A stretch of 64,000 nucleotides of DNA from Oxalobacteraceae bacterium. GTDB lineage: Bacteria; Pseudomonadota; Gammaproteobacteria; Burkholderiales; Burkholderiaceae_D. The stretch is from assembly GCA_023259175.1 (NCBI GenBank), contig JAHFQV010000007.1, forward strand, positions 278 through 64,277, given 5' to 3'. Below the pieces are notes generated by a model. It did no database searches, was not told the origin of the DNA, and saw only the letters and a list, made by a program, of their open reading frames with translations. The position numbers and the translations under genes are program-made. Shown in pieces: positions 40,004 through 50,100 of this stretch (the stretch's first letter is position 1; every line of letters starts with the position of its first letter).

Positions 40004-40584
40004 GTCAGAAAATTGTTTTAGCCTCGAATAACCAAGGCAAGCTCAAAGAATTTTTTCAGATTTTAGCGCCACTCGGAATTGATCTGCATTCGCAAGCCGA
40101 ATTTGCGGTGCCGGATACGCCGGAACCCTATTTTACTTTTCTCGAAAATGCGCTCTGCAAAGCACGTCACGCAGCCCGTTTGACGGGTTTGCCCGCGATT
40201 GCCGACGACTCCGGTATTTGTGTCAATGCCTTAGCTGGTGCGCCTGGGGTACTTTCGGCACGTTATGCGGGGGACGCTAAATCGGATGAAAGCAACAACG
40301 CGAAATTGGTCGCTGAGCTCGCAAACCATGCCGACAAGTCGGCCTACTATTATTGCGTCCTCGTCTACCTTCGCTCTGAGCACGACCCGCAACCGATTAT
40401 TGCCGATGGCCGTTGGTTTGGGCAGATCATCGCTACGCCGCGAGGCGAAGGGGGTTTTGGTTACGACCCGCATTTCTATCTGCCAGAATTCGCTAAAACT
40501 GTGGCCGAACTCGATGCGAGCGACAAAAACCGTTTGTCGCATCGTGCTTTAGCGCTGCAAGATTTACTCAAGAAATTGCAATGA
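40000..40584 (+). CDS. rdgB: Non-canonical purine NTP pyrophosphatase RdgB
   Basis: [35 protein letters not shown]. Confidence 0.96.
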   Translation: MSQKIVLASNNQGKLKEFFQILAPLGIDLHSQAEFAVPDTPEPYFTFLENALCKARHAARLTGLPAIADDSGICVNALAGAPGVLSARYAGDAKSDESNNAKLVAELANHADKSAYYYCVLVYLRSEHDPQPIIADGRWFGQIIATPRGEGGFGYDPHFYLPEFAKTVAELDASDKNRLSHRALALQDLLKKLQ

Positions 40585-41843
40585 TACCGATTAAACCTAT
40601 CGGATCAATTACGCCGACCACACCCGAAGTTCAGCGCGATTTGAGCCAAGTTCCGCAGGCGGTGAAGACCCAATATTTAAGTAGTGGAATTCTCAATCTG
40701 CAGAGCTTGCCACCACTTTCTTTGTACATTCATTTTCCTTGGTGCGTGCGGAAATGCCCTTACTGCGATTTTAATTCGCATGAGGTGAAATCGGCATTTG
40801 ACGAAGTGCGTTACCTTGATGCGGTACGCGCCGATCTTGAGGCATCTTTGCCTATGATCTGGGGACGCAAAATTCATACGATTTTTATCGGTGGAGGCAC
40901 GCCCAGCCTAATGTCGGCAGTCGGTTTGGATAGACTATTGTCAGATGTACGCGCTTTATTGCCGCTTGATGCCGATGCTGAAATTACGATGGAAGCCAAT
41001 CCAGGTACCTTTGAAGCCGAAAAATTCCGGCAATATCGCTTAAGCGGAATTAATCGTTTGTCGATCGGCATACAAAGTTTTAATGCCGGCCATTTGCGCG
41101 CATTGGGACGCATTCACAATGGCGATGAAGCCCAGCGTGCAGTCGCGATTGCGCAAGAGCACTTTGAAAATTTCAATTTGGATTTAATGTTTGCATTGCC
41201 CGAGCAAAGTATTGCCCAGGCCATGAGCGACCTTGAAATCGCTTTGCGTTTTAAGCCGCAACATCTCTCGCTGTATCATCTAAGCCTAGAACCGAATACC
41301 TACTTCGCGAAATATCCCCCCAAACTTCCTGATGATGATACCAGCGCAGAAATGCACGAGCGACTCATCGCCCGCCTGTTGAGCGAAGGTTTTGAGCACT
41401 ACGAAGTATCTGCCTTTGCGCAAAAAAATAGGGCGGCGAAACACAATCTTAACTATTGGAATTTCGGCGATTATTTGGGCATCGGTGCCGGCGCACATTC
41501 GAAAATCTCGTTTCCCCATCGTATCGTGCGCCAGATGCGCCATAAGCAGCCCAAAGCCTATATGGATAATGCACTCGCTGCTCAGGCCGTACAAGAGCAA
41601 AACGAAGTCGGGCGGGAGGAATTAGGATTTGAGTTCATGCTCAATGCTTTACGTCTGCAGCAAGGATTTCCAATTACCCAGTTTTACGAAAGAACAGGTT
41701 TGACACTTGCGAGTATAGAAAAGGAACTTACGCTCGCAGAAAACAAAGGTTTGTTGTATCGCGACCACTTGCAGATTCGAGCGACCAACTTGGGACAGCG
41801 CTTTCTGAACGACTTACAAGAAATCTTTTTGGCGCAGGGCTAG
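40581..41843 (+). CDS. hemW: Radical SAM heme chaperone HemW
   Basis: LYIHFPWCVRKCPYCDFNS (CxxxCxxC), FIGGGTPS, HYEVSAFA, HNLNYW; follows rdgB. Confidence 0.93.
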   Translation: MIPIKPIGSITPTTPEVQRDLSQVPQAVKTQYLSSGILNLQSLPPLSLYIHFPWCVRKCPYCDFNSHEVKSAFDEVRYLDAVRADLEASLPMIWGRKIHTIFIGGGTPSLMSAVGLDRLLSDVRALLPLDADAEITMEANPGTFEAEKFRQYRLSGINRLSIGIQSFNAGHLRALGRIHNGDEAQRAVAIAQEHFENFNLDLMFALPEQSIAQAMSDLEIALRFKPQHLSLYHLSLEPNTYFAKYPPKLPDDDTSAEMHERLIARLLSEGFEHYEVSAFAQKNRAAKHNLNYWNFGDYLGIGAGAHSKISFPHRIVRQMRHKQPKAYMDNALAAQAVQEQNEVGREELGFEFMLNALRLQQGFPITQFYERTGLTLASIEKELTLAENKGLLYRDHLQIRATNLGQRFLNDLQEIFLAQG

Positions 41844-42010
41844 GGAAGCTTAGGGAAGGCGGGGCAACTCTCGCTGACCCTGCAAAAAATTCCGCTTTTA
41901 TATGCACATTCGGTAAATAAAGCTATTTTGTTTTTGAGTATTTTCTTGCGCGAAGGGAATATTTGACTTACCATACGACAATAAATTCCGAGTAGGCTGA
42001 GTCTTGGAAT

Positions 42011-43225
42011 ATGTCGGTACTGGGAGAAAATATGTTGCCACTCGTTTCCTTTTTACCTCTCGTCAACGCGCAGCATGCGGTGTGCGCCATTTTGCCTCAA
42101 ACCTCTACTGAGGACGGTGCGCAAGTTCTTAAGCTTTGCCTGCATTTGCAAGCAAGTGGTTCGCTTGCGAAATTACAAGCGATTCGTCTCTGCCTCCCAA
42201 TGCACACGCTTTCTTTACAGGACTTTCCTGTGAGTTTGATCGAAGATTCAAACTTTATTTTTTCGGTGCCCCGTAGCCGATTACAAGATGATAGCGCGGC
42301 ACTGCAGGTGTTTGAGCGGCAATTGCAAGATTTTGCCTTGCGCTCTTATGCCGCAAACGCTACGCGGACCCTGGAAAATCCAAAGCGACTGGTGAGTGAT
42401 GAACTGTTTTCTGGAAGGAGTCAGGCAGCTAAGCTAAGTGCAGTGAATCAGCTTCCGGTGACGCCCACTTGGCTAACGATGGCCAGCAATTTGCCGGACA
42501 TGACACATTTTTATTTGGCGCGGGAACGGGGATTTGATTTATTTTCTGGGGATTTCGCGTTTGATGCTAAGCAGGGTGTGCATAGTCGAGATTTGCGCAC
42601 CCAGACCTTGCTCCTACAACTTCTTAAACTCGTCGCTCGTGATGCAGAAACCAAAGAACTTGAACTGGTTTTTAAGCAGGATGCGAATTTGAGTTTTATG
42701 TTGCTCAAGATGGTGCGCACAGCGGCCTTTGCGCGCGCCGTCAAGGTCGCAAGCTATACCCAAGCCATTAGTATGTTGGGACGGCGACAATTGCAAAGGT
42801 GGTTGCAAATGCTGCTCTATGCGGGCGCGGAAACCGCCGGGGTAGCTCATCATCCTTTGATGCTCAGAGCGGCGTTTCGAGCGGCCATGATGGAAGGGCT
42901 TATGAAAAAATTAGAGCAAGATTGCCAGCAGCAAGATGGCGCTTTTATGGTTGGTATGTTTTCCCTGCTCGATTTGTTATTCGCGATGCCCATGCAGGAA
43001 ATAATTCCTTCACTGAATTTGCCTGAGAGTTTGGAGCAGGCTTTGTTGAACAGGTCGGGCTTAATGGGTGCCTGTTTAAATTTGGTGGAGCAGGCAGACC
43101 GTATCCACAATCGCGCCGACCTTGATGTCGAAAACCTGCTGAATCAAGCGCAATGCAGTTCCGAAGATTATTACCGCTTGCTGATGCAAGCTTATGCCTG
43201 GGTCGCACAGTTGGGACAAATCTAG
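42011..43225 (+). CDS. HDOD-domain signalling protein with degenerate EAL-like N-terminus
   Basis: GFDLFSGDF (EAL C-terminal remnant); FKQDANLSFMLLKMV, AISMLGRRQLQRWL, AFMVGMFSLLD. Confidence 0.78.
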   Translation: MSVLGENMLPLVSFLPLVNAQHAVCAILPQTSTEDGAQVLKLCLHLQASGSLAKLQAIRLCLPMHTLSLQDFPVSLIEDSNFIFSVPRSRLQDDSAALQVFERQLQDFALRSYAANATRTLENPKRLVSDELFSGRSQAAKLSAVNQLPVTPTWLTMASNLPDMTHFYLARERGFDLFSGDFAFDAKQGVHSRDLRTQTLLLQLLKLVARDAETKELELVFKQDANLSFMLLKMVRTAAFARAVKVASYTQAISMLGRRQLQRWLQMLLYAGAETAGVAHHPLMLRAAFRAAMMEGLMKKLEQDCQQQDGAFMVGMFSLLDLLFAMPMQEIIPSLNLPESLEQALLNRSGLMGACLNLVEQADRIHNRADLDVENLLNQAQCSSEDYYRLLMQAYAWVAQLGQI

Positions 43226-43297
43226 TGGGTTCATTTGCTTGGGCATAGATAAAAATATTCCCACGGTAAATCGAAAACTGGCTATAATGACGGGCTT

Positions 43298-43387
43298 GGA
43301 AGGTTGGCAGAGCGGTTGAATGCACCAGTCTTGAAAACTGGCGAGGGTGAGAGCCCTTCGTGAGTTCGAATCTCACACCTTCCGCCA
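43298..43387 (+). tRNA. tRNA-Ser (anticodon TGA)
   Basis: GGAAGGT/ACCTTCC acceptor stem, anticodon arm CCAGT-CTTGAAA-ACTGG, long variable arm GAGGG-TGAGAG-CCCTT region, GTTCGAATC T-loop, 3' CCA; TATAAT at 43283-43288. Confidence 0.97.
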
Positions 43388-43564
43388 TCTGGCCTGTTCT
43401 GGCCGCACAAATCCCTTTGATTACTTTGGTTTTCTGTCTGCGTAAATATACGTATGGAAGGCCACCATTTTCTCGCGCCTATGTTTCGATCTCTTGCTAC
43501 ACCCAGCTTTCTGCGCAGTGGCACTACTACGCATCTTGATATGAATTTTAAGCACTCGCTGTCG

Positions 43565-44557
43565 ATGCGCAAATTCGGTATGGCGATTTTGGTTTTGCTG
43601 TTCGCGGTTTTTTTACAGGCATGTTCTGCACCTGCGCTCAAACCACATCAAGCCGAACCGAGTAAAGAGGTCGTGCGCGATGCGAGTAAAGATAATGCCA
43701 AAGAGATCGTCAAAGACAATGGATCGCTGACCCAGGTGGAGATTCCACCAGTGCCCAAAATTTTACGACCTGTACGAATTGGGCTGGCGCTGGGAGGCGG
43801 CGCGGCTCGTGGTTTTGCGCATATCGGCGTGATCAAAGTATTGGAGGCCAATGGCATCGTTCCCGACATCGTCGTCGGCACCAGTGCGGGTAGTGTGGTG
43901 GGCGCGATGTATGCGTCTGGATACAATGGCGCGAGCTTGCAAAAACTTGCTATGGAAATGGACGAGGCAACTATTTCGGATTGGTCTTTGCCGATTTTTT
44001 CCAAGAGTAGTGGTGTGCTCAAGGGCGAAGCCTTACAAAATTATGTTAATAAGTTGGTGCAACAAGTGCCGATTGAAAAACTTAAGAAGCCATTCGGTGC
44101 AGTAGCGACCGATCTGAATACCGGCTTGCCCATTCTTTTTCAGCGCGGTAACACCGGATTGGCGGTGCGCGCTTCGTCTTCAGTTCCTGGGGTATTTCAA
44201 CCCGTCAAAATCAATGAACGTCAGTATGTTGATGGTGGTTTAGTCTCGCCTGTGCCGGTACGTTTTGCGCGTGAAATGGGGGCTGATATCGTGATTGCCG
44301 TGAATATTTCTTCGACACCCGACACGCAAGCAGCATCGAGTTCTTTAGAAGTTTTGATGCAGACGTTTACCATCATGGGGCAAAGCTTAAATCAGTTTGA
44401 ACTGAAAAATGCCGACGTGGTGATCAAGCCTGATTTGCCGGGGATGAAGGGCAATGATTTCAATGGTCGAAGCCGTGCAATTGCGGCTGGTGAGCGTGCT
44501 GCGAAACAAGTCATCGCGGAATTAAAAGAGAAAATAAAACGCTTCCAAGAGCACTAG
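43565..44557 (+). CDS. Patatin-like phospholipase, predicted lipoprotein (start uncertain)
   Basis: Lipobox LQAC; GGGAARG, GTSAG nucleophile, YVDGG. Confidence 0.9.
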   Translation: MRKFGMAILVLLFAVFLQACSAPALKPHQAEPSKEVVRDASKDNAKEIVKDNGSLTQVEIPPVPKILRPVRIGLALGGGAARGFAHIGVIKVLEANGIVPDIVVGTSAGSVVGAMYASGYNGASLQKLAMEMDEATISDWSLPIFSKSSGVLKGEALQNYVNKLVQQVPIEKLKKPFGAVATDLNTGLPILFQRGNTGLAVRASSSVPGVFQPVKINERQYVDGGLVSPVPVRFAREMGADIVIAVNISSTPDTQAASSSLEVLMQTFTIMGQSLNQFELKNADVVIKPDLPGMKGNDFNGRSRAIAAGERAAKQVIAELKEKIKRFQEH

Positions 44558-44579
44558 GCGGCATACTCGGAAGCGGCCG

Positions 44580-45137
44580 TTATTGCTCTGTCTCGGTCGT
44601 GCTCGTTGCTGCAGTTTCAGGAATCCGGCGTGCGCCGTTAAAACGCTTTTTCCAATAGCTTAAATCCATACTTTCGATGCGCACTTTGCCACCGGCTGAT
44701 GGTGCGTGTATGAATTTATTATCGCCAAGGTAGATGCCAACGTGTGAGAAACTTTTTTTCACGGTATTGTAAAAAACCAGATCGCCAGGTTGTAAATCTT
44801 TGCTATCGATTTTGTTGCCCTGCTTGCTAATCTCTTTGGCGGTGCGAGGCAGTTCTGCTTCGTTGGAAGTCTTGAAAACAAAACGTACAAAACCACTGCA
44901 ATCGAGGCCATTTTCCGGCGTATTGCCACCTCGTTTGTATTTAATGCCAAGTAAATTCATGGCATTGATGGTCAAGTCGGAAGTGCGGTCACGAAAATCG
45001 CGCAAGGCTGTCAATGCATTGGTTTTTTCCTTTTCCTTGGCTTCATCAGCGTGCCCCAAGCTTACTGTGCAAGCGAGCGCAATCAGAACGCAAGACTGTA
45101 ACAACCGACGGGTGGATGAAGAGAGCAATTTGAGCAT
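44580..45137 (-). CDS. NlpC/P60 (C40) cell-wall peptidase with signal peptide (start moved to MLKLL)
   Basis: LDCSGFV, LQPGDLVFY, SHVGIYLG, FIHAP. Confidence 0.92.
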   Translation of the reverse strand: MLKLLSSSTRRLLQSCVLIALACTVSLGHADEAKEKEKTNALTALRDFRDRTSDLTINAMNLLGIKYKRGGNTPENGLDCSGFVRFVFKTSNEAELPRTAKEISKQGNKIDSKDLQPGDLVFYNTVKKSFSHVGIYLGDNKFIHAPSAGGKVRIESMDLSYWKKRFNGARRIPETAATSTTETEQ

Positions 45138-45315
45138 TCGGCTATTTTTCGACTGACATGAAAAATCAAGGAAAGAATTTTTAAGTATAGCCGATTTCGG
45201 GTAGGATGAGTTTTGCAGTACAAAATTTTGCGCGGCGGTTTTTCGCATGGGCGTGGTCGGGTACGATGGTTGCGATAATAATTTATGAGTAGTGTCAGTA
45301 CAAAGGAGAAATGGA

Positions 45316-45729
45316 ATGAAGTCGAAGTTGATACTGGAAAGTAGTGATGTTAAGGCTATTTTAGTGGCTGCAGAAAACGAGGCGCTACTGCATGATTGGA
45401 AAGTGTCAATCGCGCTTGTTGATGAGGGTGGACATTTACTCGGCATGCTACGTCTCGATGGCGCTTCACCGATGTCAGCGCAAATGGCGGTGTCGAAAGC
45501 GGTTACCTCGGCTTTTGGTCGTCGCGACACCAAGGTATTTGAAGATATTATTAATAATGGTCGGCATTCGTTTTTAAGTGCGCCTGGCTTATCCGGCATG
45601 CTCGAAGGCGGCTTAGCCATTCTGCTGAGTGGTCAGTGCGTGGGAGCGATTGGTGTTTCGGGCGTGAAGTCAAATGAAGATGTGCAAATCGCCAAAGCCG
45701 GCTTGGATGCCTTCTTGGCGACTGTTTGA
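45316..45729 (+). CDS. GlcG/HbpS family heme-binding protein
   Basis: SIALVDEGGHLL, KAVTSA, LEGGLAI, GAIGVSG, EDVQIA. Confidence 0.88.
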   Translation: MKSKLILESSDVKAILVAAENEALLHDWKVSIALVDEGGHLLGMLRLDGASPMSAQMAVSKAVTSAFGRRDTKVFEDIINNGRHSFLSAPGLSGMLEGGLAILLSGQCVGAIGVSGVKSNEDVQIAKAGLDAFLATV

Positions 45730-45763
45730 ATCGCTGCCCGCCGATGCGCCTAATTCGGTGTGA

Positions 45764-47008
45764 CTAACTCGAATGACGCGCAATAAAATCGATCACTCTT
45801 GGGCAAATCAGGTCGCGCCATTTGCGGCCTGAAAAAATCCCATAGTGTCCGCAACCCTGCGCAACGTATTCTTCTTTCATATTGGCAGGTAGGCCGGTAC
45901 AAAGATCGTGTGCCGCCCGTGTTTGGCCTGCACCTGAAATGTCGTCAAGTTCACCTTCGACCGTAAATAGCGCCACGGTTCGTATGTCTTGTGGTTTCAC
46001 TCGTTTGCCTTCAACATCCCAAGTACCTTGCGGCAGTCGAAATTCTTGAAATACGGTCTTAATCGTCTCTAGGTAATATTCTGCTGGTAAGTCTAATACG
46101 GCGTTATATTCATCGTAAAACTTACGATGTTGTTCTGCTGATTCGTCGTCACCTGTGACGAGATGCTCATAAAAATCCCAATGACTTTGCGCATGTCGAT
46201 CAGGATTCATCGCTACAAAGCCCGCATGTTGCAAAAAACCCGGATAAACTTTGCGAGCAAAACCCGGGTAACTCGGTGGCACACTGTAAATCACGTTATT
46301 TTCAAACCACGAAAATTTTTTCTCGGTCGCGAGATTGTTGACTTGGGTGGGCGATTTGCGCGGGTCGATAGGGCCGCCCATCATCGTCATGGTACAAGGA
46401 AGCGCAGGGTCTTTTTCGGTGGCCATCAGGGAGATAGCCGCTAACACGGGAACCGTGGGTTGGCAGACTGAGATGACATGCAACTGCGGACCCAAGTGAC
46501 GGATAAATTCTTGCACATAGTAGATGTAGTCATGCAGATGAAACGGTCCGGCAGAGAGTGGCACCATGCGCGCATCGGTCCAGTCAGTAATGTAGACATC
46601 ATGCAGTGGCAAGAGACTTTTTACAGTATCGCGCAGCAGCGTAGCGTGGTGACCCGATAAAGGGGCGACGATTAGAATTTTCTTTTGCTTTGGCGCTCTA
46701 CTCGTGGATTTTGTGTTGAGCGCCTTCTTTTTAAAATGAACTAGGGTGCAGAAGGGTTTGATAATGATTTTTTCTTCTTTGACCTCGATCACTTGATCAT
46801 CGTTTTGGACATGATCTATATTAAATTGCGGTTTCTCGTAATCTTTTCCTAATCGATAAACTAATTCGTAGGCAGCGGCGATCTTTTGTGAATAAGGGCC
46901 GTAAGAGAGCGGCGAAGCTGGGTTGCTGAAAAATTTTGAACTTGCTGCGGCCCAGTGGGTGAAAGGGGTCAAAAATGAGCGGTTCAATTCGTGAATTTGG
47001 TACAGCAT
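45764..47008 (-). CDS. phaZ: Intracellular polyhydroxyalkanoate depolymerase (PhaZ1 type; start moved to MLYQI)
   Basis: VAPLSGHHATLLRDTV, DVYITDW, VCQP nucleophile, MGGPID, VEGELDDISG, GHYGIFSG. Confidence 0.94.
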   Translation of the reverse strand: MLYQIHELNRSFLTPFTHWAAASSKFFSNPASPLSYGPYSQKIAAAYELVYRLGKDYEKPQFNIDHVQNDDQVIEVKEEKIIIKPFCTLVHFKKKALNTKSTSRAPKQKKILIVAPLSGHHATLLRDTVKSLLPLHDVYITDWTDARMVPLSAGPFHLHDYIYYVQEFIRHLGPQLHVISVCQPTVPVLAAISLMATEKDPALPCTMTMMGGPIDPRKSPTQVNNLATEKKFSWFENNVIYSVPPSYPGFARKVYPGFLQHAGFVAMNPDRHAQSHWDFYEHLVTGDDESAEQHRKFYDEYNAVLDLPAEYYLETIKTVFQEFRLPQGTWDVEGKRVKPQDIRTVALFTVEGELDDISGAGQTRAAHDLCTGLPANMKEEYVAQGCGHYGIFSGRKWRDLICPRVIDFIARHSS

Positions 47009-47131
47009 AGTCGTCTCCGGTTTAACGAGAAGACCGCAGAATCTTGTAGGAGAGTATGCCTTACTTAATTCCGAGATCGCTGCGCAGTATACCTCTAAAT
47101 TGCTGCGACGCGTCAATAGCTGCAGTGAGCG

Positions 47132-50100
47132 TCAATTTGAGACGCTGGGGATGGAGATTGATTGCAGCAGGTCGGCGGCACCGTCAAAATCATAGCGAAA
47201 CATTTTGTTTGATAATTGTCCCAATTGTTCCTTATCAAGCGCAGTTTCAAAATCGGTATAGTTTTCTTGAAAAAAATCGATCGCATCGGCATTGGAGCCG
47301 TCAAGCAAGCTATTGAGCCGCTCTCTCAGTTCATCGAAATTGAGATGCAAATGCGATTGTTTAACCGGATTGTTGTCGCTAGGATGTAGGGTGAAATAAG
47401 TTTCTAGCTCCGATAGGCCTTTGAGTAATTCTGCGCGCGCATTTTGCCTATGCGCGACAAATTCAGGTAGCTGATAGTCAGGCAAGGCGGTCAATTCGAG
47501 ATAAGCCTCTATTTCGCACATTGCACCTTCAAGTTGGTGTGCGCCTAAGGTGGCGCTTAAGCCTTTAAGTGTGTGTATGGCGCGCTCGAATTCTTTTAAA
47601 TTAACTGTGGGTATTTCAGTTAAAACGTTTTGTAGAAGGCTGTCTTGGGATTGCAGGAAGCGATTCAATAAATGGAGGTAGAGCGCATGATTGCCAGAGA
47701 CTGATCGTAAGCCATATTTACTGTCAAAATATTGAAACTGCACCATAGGCTTGTGATCCGACGTGGCGCTTGCCCGTGAACCTAGTCTCGCTTCTTGACG
47801 GGTCCAAAGTTGTACGGTTGCAAAAAGCTGTTTGGGATCAAAAGGCTTGGCGAGATAGTCTTGCATGCCTTCCCCGACGCAACGGTCCTTAGTTCCCTTC
47901 ATGGCATGGGCGGTCAGTGCGATGATGGGGATATGGTCGTATTGACTGTGCTTGCGAATATACAGTGTCGCGTGATGTCCATCCATAATGGGCATCTCTA
48001 GGTCCATGAGTATCAAATTAAAATAATCATTGGGCCGACTTTCTAATAATTTGATTGTTTCTTCGCCGTTTTCAGTGACACTGACTTCAAATCCGATTTG
48101 TGACAAGAGTTCCACTGCGATTTCTTGATTGAATTCATTGTCTTCTGCCAGCAAAATTCGCCGATTCGAGGAGTGAGGCTGAGTTTGAGATGACAGAAAC
48201 AAGTCGTTGTGCTTAGCATCTCTGGATTGCTTGAGTTCCAGTCGGGTGGAGAGTAGGGGCTGGCTATAACTCAATGCAAAAATATTTGGCGTAATTTCAT
48301 CGTCTCTTACGATCTTGTTTTCTTCAAACAGACCCTGCCTGGGTTTTGCATCACTCGCATGGGCAATCGGCAGCCGGATTGCGAAAGAAAAAATGGAGCC
48401 TTGCCCTATCGTGCTGTCCACTTGAATGGATCCATGCATGAGTTCTATGAGTTGTTTTGAGATACTAAGCCCCAAGCCAGTACCGCCATAATTGCGGGTG
48501 GTCGAGCCATCGCCTTGGGTAAAGGCTTGAAATAGATTCTCGATTTGTTTGTCGGACATGCCGATGCCAGTATCCCGCACTGAAAATTTTAATTCCACCA
48601 TGGTCGAAGGAATTGCTGGATCATCGTTTTGTGCGCAGCTCACTTCAATCTCACCACGCTCGGTAAATTTGACCGCGTTGTTGACCAAATTGGTCAAAAT
48701 TTGTCCTATGCGCAAAGAATCGCCGATGAGATAGCTCGGTAAGTTGGGCGAAAGCTGCAGATGAAAGAGGATGCCTTTTTCGTTGGCTTTTTGCGAGGTG
48801 ATACTGGTGACGTGAGCGAAAACATCATGCAGGGAAAACGGCGCGAGCTCGATATCGAGTTTGCCAGCTTCGATTTTTGAAAAATCTAAAATGTCGTTTA
48901 TGATGCCTAATAATGAATTCGCGGCGTGCTGGATTTTTTGTATGTAATCATGCTGCTTGAGATCGAGCTCGGTTTGCAAGGCCAAGTAGGCCATTCCAAT
49001 AATGGCATTCATAGGTGTGCGAATTTCGTGACTCATGTTGGCGAGAAATTCGGACTTCAGCTTGGTTGATTCTTCGGCTTTTTGCCTTTCTTTTCTTTCC
49101 TTCGCTCTGGCATGCTCTACTTTTTGAATCGCAAGGAGCAATTGTTCTTGAGTCTCTTGTAATTCCTGATACACCCCTGCATTGTCTAAGGCGATTGCCG
49201 CATAGGCGCAGATGGTGCTGAAGATAAGTTGTTCGCGGTCGCCATAGGCATGTTCTTTGGCTGATTGTATCGTCATGACCCCGAGCACACGCTCGCCAAT
49301 GATCAAGGGCGCATATAACAAGCTCAGCGTATTGTGGGTTTCGTTTGGATTGATCGGGCGATTGTCCTGGGCACTGATGGCAATCATGAACTCTCGTTTT
49401 TCACGTACGCAGCGGGCGCAATAGGCAGCTTGATTACTTACTTCGATCTGGTGATGCGCAATCGGGGTATCGTTTTCGACACCGAAAACTTGGGTCAATA
49501 GCTCGGCTTTTTCGTCTAGCAAGTAAGTCACGAAAGTGCTCGCATCGAGCAAGCTTTGCAAGTGTTTGTGGATGGCGATAAATACGGAAGAAATTTCAAG
49601 TTTGGCGGTAATTTCTTGTCCGATTTTTCCGAGCTTGACCAAGGTGTCGCGGGTGTCTTGCAAAGCGTGAGCACGATTGGTTTCGGCGACCGCGATGAGA
49701 TGATGGTATTGCGCTTCCGCTTGTGCTTTTTCGGTTTGGTGATGATCTTCGATATTCGCCGTTTTATAAGCCACCCGAAGATTGCTCTCATATTTTTCTG
49801 CTTCGATGGCTTGCCGCGAGCAGGCCAAAGCTTGCGCTAGATTGCCAGCGTTCGCCCATGCATCGCTGAGCATAATGAGTAGCTCAGCAGGCGCATGCCA
49901 AGCCTCGATGGTAGCGCCCGCCGCACGCGCTTTTTCAAGAAAATGAATGACCGCATTTGGCTCAGGAAAATCAAAAGGCTTGGGTAATTCATGGCGCGCA
50001 TGGATTTCAGCCAAGGCTTGATACAAGCTAATATTAAGCGCTGAGAAGTTATATTTTTTGCTCAAGGCTTGCGCTTCGTCGATTGCGGTTAATGCGGATT

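Noticed and set aside
41841-41860. 10-bp tandem duplication TAGGGAAGCT/TAGGGAAGGC at the hemW stop
   Set aside because: Only two imperfect copies; most likely a trivial slippage event
43298-43460. tRNA-Ser as an integration site for a genomic island
   Set aside because: No integrase, no duplicated tRNA 3' end elsewhere in the window, and flanking genes are core-like
42945-43641. ORFs 42945-43388 and 43282-43641 on the minus strand
   Set aside because: They are antisense translations across the tRNA-Ser (MAEGVRFEL-type artefact) and flanking genes
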